A stretch of 64,000 bases of DNA from assembly GCF_009914755.1 (NCBI RefSeq), contig NC_060925.1. The stretch is one strand, 5' to 3'. The translations under genes were made by a program, and so were the position numbers. Positions 10,495 to 22,952 of the stretch are shown here, in pieces (position 1 is the first letter of the stretch; every line of letters starts with the position of its first letter). The DNA comes from the human T2T-CHM13v2.0 reference genome, Homo sapiens. The notes under the pieces are model-generated. The model saw nothing but the letters and a program-made list of their open reading frames with translations. It searched no databases and was not told the DNA's origin.

Positions 10495-10685
10495 TGCCTC
10501 AGCTTACCCACTATGTGGCCTTGGGTGCGTGACTCAACCTCCCTGGGCCTCAGTTTCCCCATCTATAGTATGGGCATATATAGTCACAGCACAAGGGATT
10601 ACGTGGAGGATTAAATGAAACGATGCCTGTAACATGCTCAGCACAGTGCCTGGTACACGGTGGGTCCTGAGTGAATGGAGGCAGG
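10495..10685 (+). mobile_element. MIR SINE
   Basis: tgtggccttggg...cctcagtttccccatctatag...ggattaaatga...agcacagtgcctgg. Confidence 0.88.
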
Positions 10686-10689
10686 TGAT

Positions 10690-11230
10690 ATTCATTCATT
10701 CTCTCACTCAGCCCATTGTGAGGCCTCCTATGTCCCAGGCCATGCACCAGGCATCAGGGAGAGAAGAATCAAACCTCCTGTTGCCTGGGGTAGCTCGTGG
10801 TCTAGTGGTGAGACTGGAACCAGCTCTGGGAGAGGGACATAGTGGTGTTTGCGGAAACAGAGAAGGGACAAGCAAAGTCAGCACCCAGGGTAATCAGAGG
10901 AAGCCTCATGGAGGAGGGGATGCTCAAGCTGAGCCTGGAATGGGGCCTGGGTTCCAAATAGGCAGGGGTGGGGGGTGTTCCAGGAGAGGACAGCAGGGCA
11001 ATGTCAGGGAAGCATAAAGAGTAGGGGTGGAGGTGCCAGGGGTGGTATAGCTGGGCCTGAAGCCTGGGGACTGTGGGGACAAGTGGAGGGAGGCAGGGCA
11101 GGGAAGGCAGGTGCGGCAAGACCACAGTGGACCTGAGTTTGGACTTTGTCAGGCCGATGCTGGGAGCCATGGATGGTTGTGGGGCAGGGGAGGGCTGTGG
11201 TCAGAGCGTCAGGTCCTTCTGCAGACAGCA
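10690..11230 (-). mobile_element. L2 LINE 3' region
   Basis: ttcattcattc tail, ctatgtcccaggc, gagtttggactttgtc...gggagccatggatgg. Confidence 0.75.
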
Positions 11231-11464
11231 GCCTTGAGAGGGAGCCATGAGGGAGACAGTGTCCCTCCTGTCACTCCTGTTGCTCAGACTCTACCTGGGG
11301 CTTCACAGAGTGAGTGTCATCTGTGTCCCTGATGCGGCCTCAGGGGCTCATAGCTGCAGATGTGTCCCCAAGTCTCTGAGTCTCCCAGGCCCTGCCTCCT
11401 TTCATCGCATGTCACTGTGTTCGTTCTTTAGTTGCCCTTCACTCCTCCCTCCCTGCCCTCCTCC

Positions 11465-11800
11465 TACCAGTGTTCACTGAGCTTCCGTGATGTGCTTGGC
11501 ACCATTCTAGCGGCTACAGCCATGAACAAACAGATGACAGCCCCAGCCCAGAGCTCACATCCCTGTGGGGGCACAGCTGGTCACCAAATAACTGGGGACC
11601 TCCCCTGGGATCAGTGCCTTGAGACATGGTTCCCAGGGTTCTGGGAGCCTGGGCTGGAATCTGACCTTGTCAGGAAGGCGGAGAGGGCTTCCCTGAGGAG
11701 GGAGCTCTGGGAAATGTGGAGGAGGTTAGCTCCATGGCCTGGGGACAGTGTGAGCAAAGGCACCTGGGAGGGAGAGAGGGAAGAAGGGAGGGGAATTTAG
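11465..11800 (-). mobile_element. L2 fragment
   Basis: cactgagc...ggcaccattctag...atgaacaaacaga...gagctcacatcc...ggcttccctgagga. Confidence 0.65.
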
Positions 11801-12754
11801 GGCCTGAGTGTGGTCCCTGGGGCCAGGTGGAGATGTGTGGGACTTGGTGGAAGTTGGAAAAGGTGGGGACAATCCAGAGGTTTCCTGGTAGAAGGTGAAG
11901 GCTCCAGCACAGCCAGGGCCAGGGGAGCCAGGTTTGGGGGTGACACTCACTGAGGCCTTTCCCTGCCTCAGCCTCTCAGGTGCAAGAGAGGTTTCTTCTT
12001 GCCTCTTTTGTCTGGTGTCTTTTTCATACCCCCCTGTATCCACCCTGTCCCCACCCCGACCCCACCTGCACTCTTTGTTCCCTGGACCCACTCCTTAGGG
12101 CCCAGAGAGGGAGCTTGACTTTCCAAGGCCATACGGCAAGAGGGACGGAGCTCCTGGAGAAGGGGTTCCCCACCCACGCTGTGTGGCCTGGGGATGGCTG
12201 CCGAGTGTCCCGGGCCACAGCTCTCCGAGGTTCTGCCCGGGCAGCCAGAGGCCAACAGCTGCCCAGCCTCCTGAATCAACACCTACAGGGCGAGCTGACT
12301 TTACAGTATATATATATTTTTAGATAGTTCAAAGAGTTGATAAATGGATCTTTTCCTTTTTGTGAATAGTATTTTGCTATTTAATGCTTTCTAACACACA
12401 GACTCTCTCTCCCATAGCAGCTAGTGGTCCTTGAGGAAACTGCTCCTGTGATGCTGGAGCCCCTTTCAGGGTGCGCCTTGCAGGGGCTGGGGCCTGGAAG
12501 TTGCACCGTGGCCGAGGCTGCAGTTGTTCAGGGCTCCTGGTCTCATCCTCTTTGGTCAGCCCTGTGATTCTTGCTGCCCAGTCCAGGAGGTGGTGAGCTC
12601 CCCATCACTACAGGGGCCTCCAGAGTCTGGGCAACCCTTGGCAGGGAACTAAGGCAGCAAATACTGGGAGGAGGTTGTTCTCTGCAGATTTCCCAACCCC
12701 ACCCTCCATTCTTTCCCAACACCAGAGTGGAGGAGGGGGAGGGAGAACCCAGCA

Positions 12755-12950
12755 GTTACTTTGTGTGGCAGGTGTGCCGGGCTTGGCACGTAGGGTCTGA
12801 TTCCCTCCCCTCCCTCTTCATTTCCTCCCCAAGCCCATCCCGAGTTAGGCTGCATTTTCTCCCATTTCACAGACGAAACCTGGGGCTCAGAGAGGTTGAA
12901 TGAGGCAATAAGTAGCAGAGTTGGGATTTGAACCCAGACCTGCCTGGCTG
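12755..12950 (-). mobile_element. MIR SINE
   Basis: cccatttcacagacgaaacctggggctcagagagg...gggatttgaacccagac. Confidence 0.85.
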
Positions 12951-12999
12951 TTTCCCAAAAGTACTCCTGTCTCCAAAAAAGTACAGTCTGCTCAGAATC

Positions 13000-13220
13000 G
13001 AGTGCTTGCCTTGAGCCAAGCGCTGAGCTCGACTCTTCCCATTTTGTATCTCATTGAACCCTGATGAGCACCTCTAGGGCAGATGCTGTGACTGCCGCTT
13101 TTCAGACGGGGAAGCTGAAGCTCAGTGAGGTTGTTACTTGCCTGTGAACTGTGAACCTAAGATTCAGTCTCGGGCCTGTTGCCTGCAGAATCTGTGCCCC
13201 AAATATTTGCACTGTGATGT
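13000..13220 (-). mobile_element. MIR SINE
   Basis: atctcattgaaccct...ttttcagacggggaagctgaagctcagtgagg. Confidence 0.75.
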
Positions 13221-13476
13221 CCCTTCCCCAAGGCCCAACTCATTCCTGTCCAGAAGGTCTTCATGTGGTCTAACCCAATTCCTTCACTCTGGCCTTCAGA
13301 CTGGATGCATTAGTGTAAGAAACAGGTTATAAACTTTCAGAGGACATGAGAGTTTTATTTTATTCATCTCAGTATGTTCCATAAAAATTAATCACTGCAT
13401 GAATGAGTAAACGAATACACAGTCACTCTGCATGTTGGTCAGCAGGTAGCCAGGCTGATAGTTGGTGGACACGCAG

Positions 13477-13648
13477 GTAGGAGGTGGGCAGGAGTTAGGA
13501 GGTGGGCAGTGCGGTAGGAGGTGGATAGGCAGTTGGAGGTAGGCAGGGGATAGGAGGTGGGCAGGGGATAGGAGGTGGGAAGGGAGATAGGATGTGGGCA
13601 TGGTGGGTGGAGGTGGGTGGGGGGTAGGAGGTAGATAGGCAGGTTGGA
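13477..13648. repeat. G/purine-rich degenerate tandem repeat, ~18-19-bp unit (TAGGAGGTGGGCAGGGGA)
   Basis: About 8 copies of taggaggtgg-like motifs. Confidence 0.85.
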
Positions 13649-15107
13649 CATTGCAGCTGCTGGGGGATTGACAAGAGAGAACAGTTAGATCTTTTGGAGG
13701 GCAAGGAGCTAGCTGTTCAAGTACAAAAATGTTAGTTGGGGAGCATTAAATTGATCTTGGTGCAGCAAATACAAATCTATATATCTGGCTTGTAAATCAC
13801 CCATTGAAAGGGCCTGGAGATGCCATGGTGGAGAGGCTGGTGCAAGACCTGTGGCCTCACTTGACACACCCCCTGCCACAGTGATGCTGAAAGTGTGTAT
13901 GTCATAGGGGATGTTGGTCCAGGCAGCCAGGACTAGAGTGAAGAATCAATGTCTGCCCCGAAATCCATCCTCTGGTGCAGAGATAGGTGTGGGGTGGGAG
14001 GAATGGGCTGCTGGCCCTGGGGAGCTCTGCCCAGGAAGAGATATCAGCCTAGAGCCGTCTCCGTTCAGCTTCCCTCACCAACTCCAAGGATGGGGGCAAC
14101 GGAGGGAGGGCCTAGGCAGCGGCCATGTTCACCCCAGCCCCTGTCTGCCTGTTGACTCCCCGACACCAGGACTTTTCCCAGACACCACAAATGTGGGATG
14201 CCAGTGGAACGAGAATGACTTTTCAGTTTTGCCAAAAACCTAACTTTGGATGAAACACAATTATGTCAAGTGGTTAACAGAGTTCTCATGGCTGGATGTG
14301 TTTTGTTTTATTCCTTGATCTTGTCTGCTTACAAAATGAATTCTGCCAAACCCCATGAAGCCAACTGTCAAAGTGAAGCATTTTGGGGGAACAGATCTTT
14401 CACTCTGATGGCAAAATTCATTTGAAATGATCCTTTAATCCAGTCTTCCTGTGAGACCCAGAGCTGAGATTTTAAAGCCTTTTCACCCTGAAAGGTTTTT
14501 TTCCCACTTCTCCTGACTGCCCCCTCTCCTGGTGCCCTGTCCTCCATCTCTTAAATAACATGGCAAAGAATTTCAGCTGGCATAATGATGACCATTCGGC
14601 TTCTCATGACAACCTTTTAGGGAGGAAATGATAGCACACAAAGCCTTGCCTTTTAATGTCTGTTTGAGGAAGGGAAGGAGGTGCTCATTGTCAATGCCAG
14701 CAAGAATTGAAGAAGGGGCACGAAAGGGTAGCTGGGATTTTACAGGCCTGAGGTTTGTGTGAGCAGGAGGGATGTCTAGGAGGATGACAGCACCGTCATC
14801 CTTGCTGAGGATGTGAGGCCTGCATTTGGGCTCAGCACTTTACAGTTTACAAAGCACTTTCACTTTCCTTATGCTCATCCATCACTTTATTCAATAGTGT
14901 ATTTGCTCATCATTTATTCATGCTACCCAACAAATGGAATTGGGTTGACTACGCGCCAAGCCCTGTCTTAGCTCCTGAGGCAGAGCAGGTACAGAGATTA
15001 GCAAGATACAACTTCTGCTCTCTAAAGGTTCAAGGATTGGTGAGGGGGACTCACTGGTAGAAAAATACAATAGCTGTGTGTTTTATACAGATTGCTGTGC
15101 TGCCTGC

Positions 15108-15510
15108 AGTTTAGATATTTTGAGCAGCAAGTAAAAAAAAAAAAAAACTCAACAGTGGCTCAAACAATTGGAAAATGAAATGCTTTGCTGTACCCAGATG
15201 TTTGGAGGGAGGTGGTTCCAGCTTTGTCAGATGCTCAGGGATGTCAAAGACCCAGGCACTTTCTCTCTTCCATCTTTACCATCCTTGGCTATATTGACTT
15301 TTTGTCCTTAGCTTGTTGCCTCATGGTTGCAAGATGGCTGCTATAGCTCCAAACATCATGTCTCACACTACAGCATTCAAGTTGAGAAGGTTGCAGGGTG
15401 AGGCAGAAAAAATATTTCCCAGGAGCACTCCCTCCACCAACAGATTTCCCCTCATACCTCAATGGTGAGGTCTGGGTCGTGTGCTCACCCCTAAAACAAT
15501 CTCTGGAGAA
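15108..15510 (-). mobile_element. Old MaLR LTR (MLT1K/L-like)
   Basis: gcagcaagtaa...cagtggctcaaacaa...aaagacccagg...tcatggttgcaagatggctgctatagctcca. Confidence 0.75.
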
Positions 15511-15699
15511 GGGGGATGGGGTGCTTGGCTCAGCTTCACCCCAGGGCTGGAGGACCCCCAGGCCTGAGCCTGTAGCTGCAGAACAAACCCAGGGTTCTGT
15601 GAGCGAAGGAGGGAGGGGTGGGGTCACTAGGGGCAACCCCACTTGTCCCCCACCTTCTTGTCAGGGTTTACTGACGAGTGTTCCTGATAGTGTGGAGTC

Positions 15700-15920
15700 T
15701 GGAGTGGGGGTCAAGCCTGGCCCTGGGGACAGAAAGCCCTGTTCTAAGCCTCCACCCCTGTGGGCTGTGTGATCTGGGAGGTACTTGACATTTTCCCTTG
15801 TGGAGCAGGGACCATGATGGCACCTGCTGCATAGGGAGGTCGTGCAAGGTCATGCAGGTGACATGGGTCATGTATGCAGGTGCCCGGCTCATGGGGGTGT
15901 TAACACCTGTCAGCTATTGC
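15700..15920 (+). mobile_element. MIR SINE (degenerate)
   Basis: gctgtgtgatctgggaggtacttgac...catagggaggtcgtgcaagg...gtgcccggctcat. Confidence 0.6.
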
Positions 15921-15999
15921 AGGATGCAGGGATGAGGCCCATCTGTAAAGTGGGCCCAAGTTGCCCTCTCTGTAGCAGCCCTTGGGGTGACAACAGCAG

Positions 16000-16205
16000 G
16001 AATATCAGTTCATAGGTTCGTGTACTTCCTATGCATGCTGGGCACCCTGTACTTGCACTTGCTCACTTAATCCTCACAGCCACCCTAAGGAGGGAGCTGT
16101 TTTCATCCCCATTTTACATCAGAGGAAACTGAGGCTCAGGGAGGTGAATCCAGGTGGAATGAGGGCAGGTGGGGCTCCAGGGTGCTCAGATTCCAGCCAC
16201 TGTGC
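16000..16205 (-). mobile_element. MIR SINE
   Basis: ttaatcctcacagccaccctaagg...cccattttacatcagaggaaactgaggctcagggagg. Confidence 0.88.
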
Positions 16206-16907
16206 TCTGACCCAGTGCAGGGCCCTGGGTGGAGCTGGCACAGGTAAGTGCCCAGGTGACCCCCTTCCTGCCCTGCTGATGTCACCTGGGCCCAGGCCAG
16301 TGACTGGGCTGATCACTCTCCCAACCCTGTTCTCTGTCCCTTTTGGAGCTCCAGGGCCCCAGGCCTTCCTGTGGCATGGAGAGATTTGCCCACCATCCTG
16401 GCTGCCCTCCTCCAAGTTAAGGAATAAACATACTCTGTGTGGTCAATAGTGTCACTGTGTCTTGGTCAAGAATTGGCAACTCTCATGCTTTAGGGAAGTA
16501 TACATTATATACATTTAACATAGAACATAAGCGTATGACAGTGATGGATAATAAATTTCATATTTATACATTTATCAAAATATGCAAAACCCACTTCCAA
16601 AATTGTATACCTGCAGACACACAGTTTAATAACTACTTGAGACTCCTCACCAGCACCATAATGTGAGCTTGGGCACTAAGTGGGACACACGACCTGCAGC
16701 CCAGACCTGCTAAGGAGGACTTGACTGTTGGTGTTGTGGGACCGATGACGACCTGACTGACCCATCACTGTCCTTCCCAGCCTTTCTGACACTCCTGGCT
16801 TCTCAGAGGGATGGGCTACATATCTGACCTTGTGGGAGGGACTTGGGAGAGACCCTGAAGACCATGGGGAGCAAAATCTCTATTTTACAGATGGAGAAAC
16901 TGAGGTC

Positions 16908-17187
16908 CATTCACTCACTCAATCAGTCACCCAATAATTGCTGAGTGCCTACTGTGTGCCAGGCTTTGTTCTAGGCACTGGGGATGCATCCATGAACAAA
17001 AGCAAGTTCTCGCCCTCATGGGGCTGGCATACTGGGAGGAAAGACAGAAAAACTGATAGATGCTGGATGATGATGAACACCCAAGGAAACCAAATATGGG
17101 CAGGAGGAGTTAGTGATGGATCGGGGGAGGATGATGAGCATGTGAGGAAACCCAGCATGAGCAGGGGGAGAGAGTGATGGATGGAGG
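16908..17187 (-). mobile_element. L2 3' end, interrupted by the ERV (continues at 23290-23475)
   Basis: cattcactcactc...tgagtgcctactgtgtgccaggc...ggcactggggatgca...ccctcatggggct; L2 text resumes after the right LTR (aggtgatgttgagcagga...tgtgcaaaggc). Confidence 0.8.
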
Positions 17188-17520
17188 TGTTACCAAGCAA
17201 TGGGCTTGCTGCTTGATGAGCACAGAAGCCAATACTATGGCACTGGCTTTTTAGAAAAGAAAAAAGCTTTGTTGTGAGTCAACTGGCAAGGAGACAGGAG
17301 GCAATGCTCAAGTTTGTCTCCCTGATCTGGGGGTGGGCCAAGCTTTTATGGCATTTCTAACTAGCCCCAGATGATGCCAATGCAGCCAATCTGCCAGGCT
17401 GGTGGTGTTAACAATCAGATTAAAGTTTTTTTCCCATTATACATGCCCAGACAATTTTTGGCTCTTTATCACCTATAACAAGACAATGGTTAATGGGTTT
17501 CAGCTGGTCCTGCTGTTCCA
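17188..17520 (-). mobile_element. 3' LTR of provirus (333 bp)
   Basis: Aligns with 22975-23289 (shared cacagaagccaatactatggcact, tgtctccctg, ggctggtggtg). Confidence 0.93.
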
Positions 17521-17540
17521 AGTCCCCCCTCCCTTTTTGT
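17521..17540 (-). other. Polypurine tract of provirus
   Basis: Minus strand reads ACAAAAAGGGAGGGGGGACT immediately before the 3' LTR. Confidence 0.88.
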
Positions 17541-17544
17541 TGTA

Positions 17545-17800
17545 CGTTCCTCACTCTTGAGAGAAATGGGGTGATGACCATTCTAGCTACTTCCCGCTTT
17601 CAAGGGGCACAGGTGTGGGTTTGAGGAATGAACAGGGGGTATCGAAATATGAGACAGCTCTGCACCATCTGTACCTTGACAAGAATGAAAAGAAATCTCA
17701 GCACACATAGAACTATAATTCCTAACATAAGCAGACTCTCAAAAATAGATCTTATTCCTGATGGCATTAATACAGGCCTGGTCTGGTATCTTGGGTAAGC
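17545..17800 (-). pseudogene. env: Possible env C-terminal (TM) remnant; most of env deleted
   Basis: Lies between integrase and PPT; short hydrophobic-coding stretch near 17690-17745; no intact motif seen. Confidence 0.35.
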
Positions 17801-18079
17801 TGTCTCCTTCAGTTACCATCTGCTTCTGGCCTCCCCATCTGATCAGGTGGAGTCTGGTTTTAGAAACAAGAATGACTTCTCATTATCGAGAGATCCAGGA
17901 GCTCTTTAAGTCCTATTTTTTTTTTTCTGAAAAGTAACTTTAGGAGTTACTTTGTTAGGAGTTCGCAAGCGTATTCCTGCCTGGAGAAATCATCTGTAGG
18001 CCATGCCATCTGTAGGTCATAGCCATATGGTGTTTGGATGACTCAGCCATCCTGCTTCCTGTTTCCTGTTGTTTGTGAT

Positions 18080-20040
18080 AAGTGTAGCCTGTGTGGAGAT
18101 TATGAAGGGGGTGAGGAGAGTCTTGACTACTAACAGGTACTATCTTTACTTGTGAATGGTGAACACAGGGCTTAACTACTTTACGGATGGATGGGTCACC
18201 AGAAGAACTTCATTGAGTCCATTTCATTTGGGCTGTAATTGGTACTCAGTCTCCTGGGCTTAGACAGTGTAAAGAAACATCTGCAGGAAATGTTAAACAG
18301 CTAGAAGCATACTTATGTATAACAGATAAAGTTGCATGCAGAGACTGTACGTATTTTGTAGTACCTAATTCTTTTATAATATGACTATTTTTGGAATTAT
18401 AAAAAAATTCACTTTTGAGGAAGGGCTCAATTGGGGCTTGCTTCTGGGGGCTAATCTTACACTAAGCAGGGCAATAGGCAAGACTTTATCCCAGGTTAAG
18501 TTGGTTTCATGATTTCCTTTCTTCCCCCTGAATTCAGAAAGCCTCTCCCTTCCAGGTGACTTCATGTGCATGCACTACCACAAAAGCATATTTGGAGTCA
18601 GTATAAATAGTTACCTTTTACTTTGTCCCAAGGTTGCAAGTTATGTGCAGAGGTAGCTGGTGGGAGAGCCTCAGTTTCTAAGACTTCCTGGAGAGTCACA
18701 ATTACATATTCAGCTTTTTAGAGTCTTCAGTTCAAGAAGTTGCTCCCATCTATAAACATCTCCAGGTTTAGGTCTTCCAAAGGCTGATTAGTCAAATGAG
18801 GTCTGCTAGAATAAGCTTCAATTATTTGTATACAATCACGAACAGTTTCTTCTACAGTACTTGGAAGTATGGTGGCTAGGTTTAGTGTGAACACTACCTT
18901 AAAATTTATATTTGGGTTGTCTAGTAGACTAGCCTGGTATTTCCTTACTCTTGCAGATGTAAGGTAATATCCTGCTTTTTGTTCAAAGAGGGGCAGTACA
19001 TAGTGCAGGGTGTGCTCTGTGGTAGGCTGGCCCAAAGTAGATTTTTCAGCTTCTTGTAAGAGACCACAGGTTACAGCTACTGCTCGAAGACAAACTGGCT
19101 ACCCTTGGGTTAGTATGTTGTTTAGAAAAGTTTACACCAGCACTCTTGGTGTTATCTAAATTTTGTGTCAGTACTCAAAGACTTATACATTGCTGTTCAT
19201 GTACCAAAAGATCAAATGGCTTTCTTATATTTGGGAGATGAAAGGACAGGGTTGTTAGGAGCCTTTCCTTTATGTTTCAGAATGTCCTATGACATTCTGT
19301 AGTCCAATTAAATGGCTCATTATCATTTTCTTTGGGGGCTTGATATAAGGGCTTTGGACTTCTTATAAGTCAAAAGTGGGGAATCCAGATACAACAGAAC
19401 CTAGTAATTCCCAAGAACCCTCATAATTGTTTTCTGGTAGTGGGTAAAGCCACTCTAGCTAGGGCCTCCCTTCAATCTGGTAACAAGGTTCTTTGCCCTT
19501 TAGATAGCTCAAACACCAGATACTTTAATGTTGACTGTGTAATTTGTGCCTTTTTCTTAGGAACTTTGTATTCGTGGTCTGCCAGAAAATTTAGGGTCAG
19601 AATTGTGTTTTGATCTGAGGTTTCTTTAGTTTTACTGGAAATCAGGATATCATCTATATATTGGAGAAATATTCTCTCAAGTCCTTAGCTAAAGCTTCCC
19701 CAAAGATGGTGGGGGCATTTTTGAAATCTTGTAGAAGTACTGTCCAATATTGTTGTTTTACATTAATTTCTGGATCATCCCATTCAAAGGCAACAGTTTT
19801 TGGGAGTCAGAACTGAAGGGTGCATTTGATCAGTTGAAGGAAGGACTTGTGGGAGGTTTTGCCACATATAACAGTAATTGCCATAGTCTTTGGGGAGAAG
19901 GGTCCCTGTCTGATGTTTAGTACAGAATATGTAGCCCCAGTGTCAATTAAAAAGGGTATGAGTCTTTCCCACAGTGACTGTTACCAGAGGTTCCTTGTGC
20001 GAAGTGTTGATAGAGCTAACAGAGTCTATAGGAGCCCCTG
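18080..20040 (-). pseudogene. pol: Decayed retroviral pro-pol (protease, RT, RNase H, integrase fragments)
   Basis: FLIDTGATYSVL at ~19918-19955; WTVL.Q.FKNAPTIFGEAL and QYIDDILI (YIDD 19649-19660); ORF 18727-19035 with RVRKYQASLLD...MFIDGS; ORF 18374-18571 with WDKVLPIALLSVRLAP...LSP; many stops, frameshifts and deletions. Confidence 0.93.
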
Positions 20041-20094
20041 GGTCCCATCATCTTTGGTTGCTATCAGCAAGCTGTGGTATCTAGTAGATTAATT

Positions 20095-21600
20095 TGTGGG
20101 AAGTTCCTTCCTCTCCCATCAGGGGAGGTTAGGGCATTCCCACTTGCAATATTCTTGTTTACAATATGTACACTGTTGTGACCCTAATGATGGATGGCTC
20201 TTCTGGCTAAGTGGTGGGGTCTGGTGGGGAAGGTCTTAACTGTGGTTGTGTTTACCCCAGCAAGCATCTTACTGGGTCTTGATTGATCACAGGTGAAAGC
20301 TACAGCAAACAGTGCAGCTTGTTTTGTGTCATACTGTTTCTGCTTTTCCTGGACTTGGTCATGGCTATTAGATACTTTAGAGACAGGCTTGTCCAACCCA
20401 CCTGATTTTGTTTTGTTCTGTCTTGTTTTATTTTACACTTTTAGCAGCTTGAAGCCATGTTTTTAGTTTCTGTCTCTAGCAATAAGTGGAAAAGAGAGGT
20501 GAGGAAGGGGTTTTACTGGCCCACCCAGAAACAGAAAGAAAGAACCCATGACTGTATTCTCTCTCTTGGATACTCCTGTGAAGCAATGGACAGTGGAATC
20601 CCTAATTCCCCCTCTACTCTTTGTCAGGAGCACACTGACTGATAAAAGTAATATTAACCAGTCTCATGTTTTCCAGGTGTTCTGGTTCAATGTCAGCATA
20701 CTGTCTGTAGGCTTCAAAAACCCACTCAAGAAAGGCAGAGGAATTTTCCTTTGGCCCCTCTTGTACCTCCTGGACCTTATTTAGGCCCTTCAGTTTTTGG
20801 ACCTTCTTCTGTGTTCCAGTTATTAAACATTCTTTATAATGGTTTAACTTTGTCTGGTCTCTGGGGTCACTGGGGTTACAGCCTGGCTTGGCCCCAGGTT
20901 TGGCCTGCATTGCTGGGGCTCTGATTGGATTCTTAGGTTATAATTAATGAAGCCTCTTGGCATCCTGACAGTCCTTTTCCAGTATCATCCTATGTTCCTC
21001 CAGAGTAAGGAGGATGTTTGTAAACACCTGAATGCCAGCCTAAGTGGAGTTATAAGTAGCAAAGGTGAATGTAAATAAACTTTTCATCTTTTGGGGATCA
21101 TCCCATTAGGCAGGCATATTATTTTTCCAATTGTATAAATCTGAAGTTGAAAAAGGGGAATGCTCATATATAACAATCCCCTTGTTCATTGAGGCCCACA
21201 GGGACTGGTCTTAGTGGGAATTGCCCTGCTAAGGGGGAACTGAGGGAGAGCATTCCCTATGCCAAATTGGGTAACCTGATGGGTATGTGGAAGGGAGACC
21301 CCTCCTACCTGATTGGTGGGTAAAGGGAGGCATAAAGCTGAGCCTCCAACTTTGGGGAGGGAGTCTTATGCTCTTTCTGATCGCCTTTAATAGCACCTGG
21401 CATACAGTAGAGGCATTGCGGGAGATTGCAGATGAAGAAGAACAAAGTCATACAAATATAACCCAAATGTTTCCTGCGCAATTCCAACATACGAAATAAG
21501 CCTACTATGTCTCTCCTGGACTTCCAGGGGCCCTAATATACAAAGAGTTAGTTTGAGGTTATAAAGATTGAATTTAGAATTTACAAATGTCAAAGGTTTA
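20095..21600 (-). pseudogene. gag: Decayed retroviral gag (capsid MHR, zinc-knuckle remnant)
   Basis: ORF 20614-20910 KVQEVQEGPKENSSAFLEWVFEAYRQY...FISQCAPD (gammaretroviral CA); QCTYCKQE..KWECP remnant at ~20132-20176. Confidence 0.9.
20384..20578 (-). mobile_element. MER30B-like hAT-Charlie non-autonomous DNA transposon inserted in gag
   Basis: Terminal inverted repeats caggcttgtccaa / ttggatactcctg; internal cccagaaacagaaa...aacccatgactgtattctctc matches the recalled MER30B consensus. Confidence 0.85.
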
Positions 21601-22952
21601 AAACTCTTGCTCAAAATAGGATCACAGATTTTGTCAAAGATTTCAAAATGACTCTTCGATAGAGAGCAGACTCAAGTTGCCAAATAATCAGAAGACCTAA
21701 TAAAGGCATGAAGTATCAAAAGTACTACATGAGCAACAGTTTTATGAACTTAAACATTTATCAGAGACAACATAAACCTGTCTGACCAGAAGACTCAGGC
21801 AAAAATGTCTGAATTTAAGACATTTCTATTTTGTCAAGAATCTTAAATTTTTATTTATCTAAAATCATATGAATCTGAGAAGCATTTGTACTTATTTATG
21901 AATACTCCTTTATATATAAGCCAATTTGGTCCCATAGACAATATAGAGACATGTATAGACAGACACAAAGACCCTACAGCCTTGATTTTAAAACTCTAGC
22001 CATAAAACTGGCAAAACTTAACATTCTAAAAGGGCAGCTGGATTCAAATTATGCCTTTGAAAGTGGAACAAGTCAAACTCCACTTGTCCTACATGGCACA
22101 GCCCTCACTGAGCCCCAGAGGAAACAGAGTTGCAATCCACATCATAAAGTGGAGAAAGAGAGAGAGTTTAAACACCTTAAAGGAGGAGTTTGGGTGTGCT
22201 AGAGGAAGACCAAAGACCAAAAAATAGATGCCAAAGTAACAGAATCATAGGAACTCACTATAGGATTTTACAAGGAGACCAACTTCATTTATATAGGTAG
22301 CTTTTTATTTAGTCTATTTCTTCAATAGAACTAATGAGCTCAGGGCAGAGCCGCTCAGGGCAGAGCTGCTCAGGGCAGATCCCAACAGGGAACAGGGCCA
22401 ACAAAGCACTTTCAGCTTTTAGGCCCTAACAATTTAAATATATGGAAGCAGCTCCCTGCAGCAACAACCATTTCAGCCACCTCCAAAGCTGCACAGTCTT
22501 ATGCCAAAAATACAACCAAACCAAACTGAGTGCCTTAGTGGATAGAGCTTTAGAATTGCCTTTATTCTTTGGATCTCTAACCCAAAGCCAGGACTCTAAC
22601 CTGACCAAGATCTTCCTGGGGTGGGACTCTAACCCACAACCTGACAAGGGTGGGACTCTAATCCACAATCCTGGACCAAAAGGATGGGACTGTGGCCCAC
22701 AATCTTTATGATGAGAACAAATCAACGTAAAACATAAGCTCATATTAACAAGGCTGCTTACCCAAAAGATGTCTGATCCAAAAGCTGTTTCTTTTCTCAA
22801 AAGTGAAAGTAGCACCAAGGACCCTGGAGTGCCATGACAGAGAAGAAAGGACCTCACAGCCAAGCCTCTAGACAAATGCCTACACAGCTACTGAGGGTTG
22901 GTGAAGAGGGCCTGCACCCCATCGAGAGGGTACAGTGCTTTGGGTAGGTTTT

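Noticed and set aside
18374-20910. ERV ORFs as a domesticated or functional retroviral gene
   Set aside because: Fragments of about 100 aa or less, separated by stops, frameshifts, deletions and a transposon insertion.
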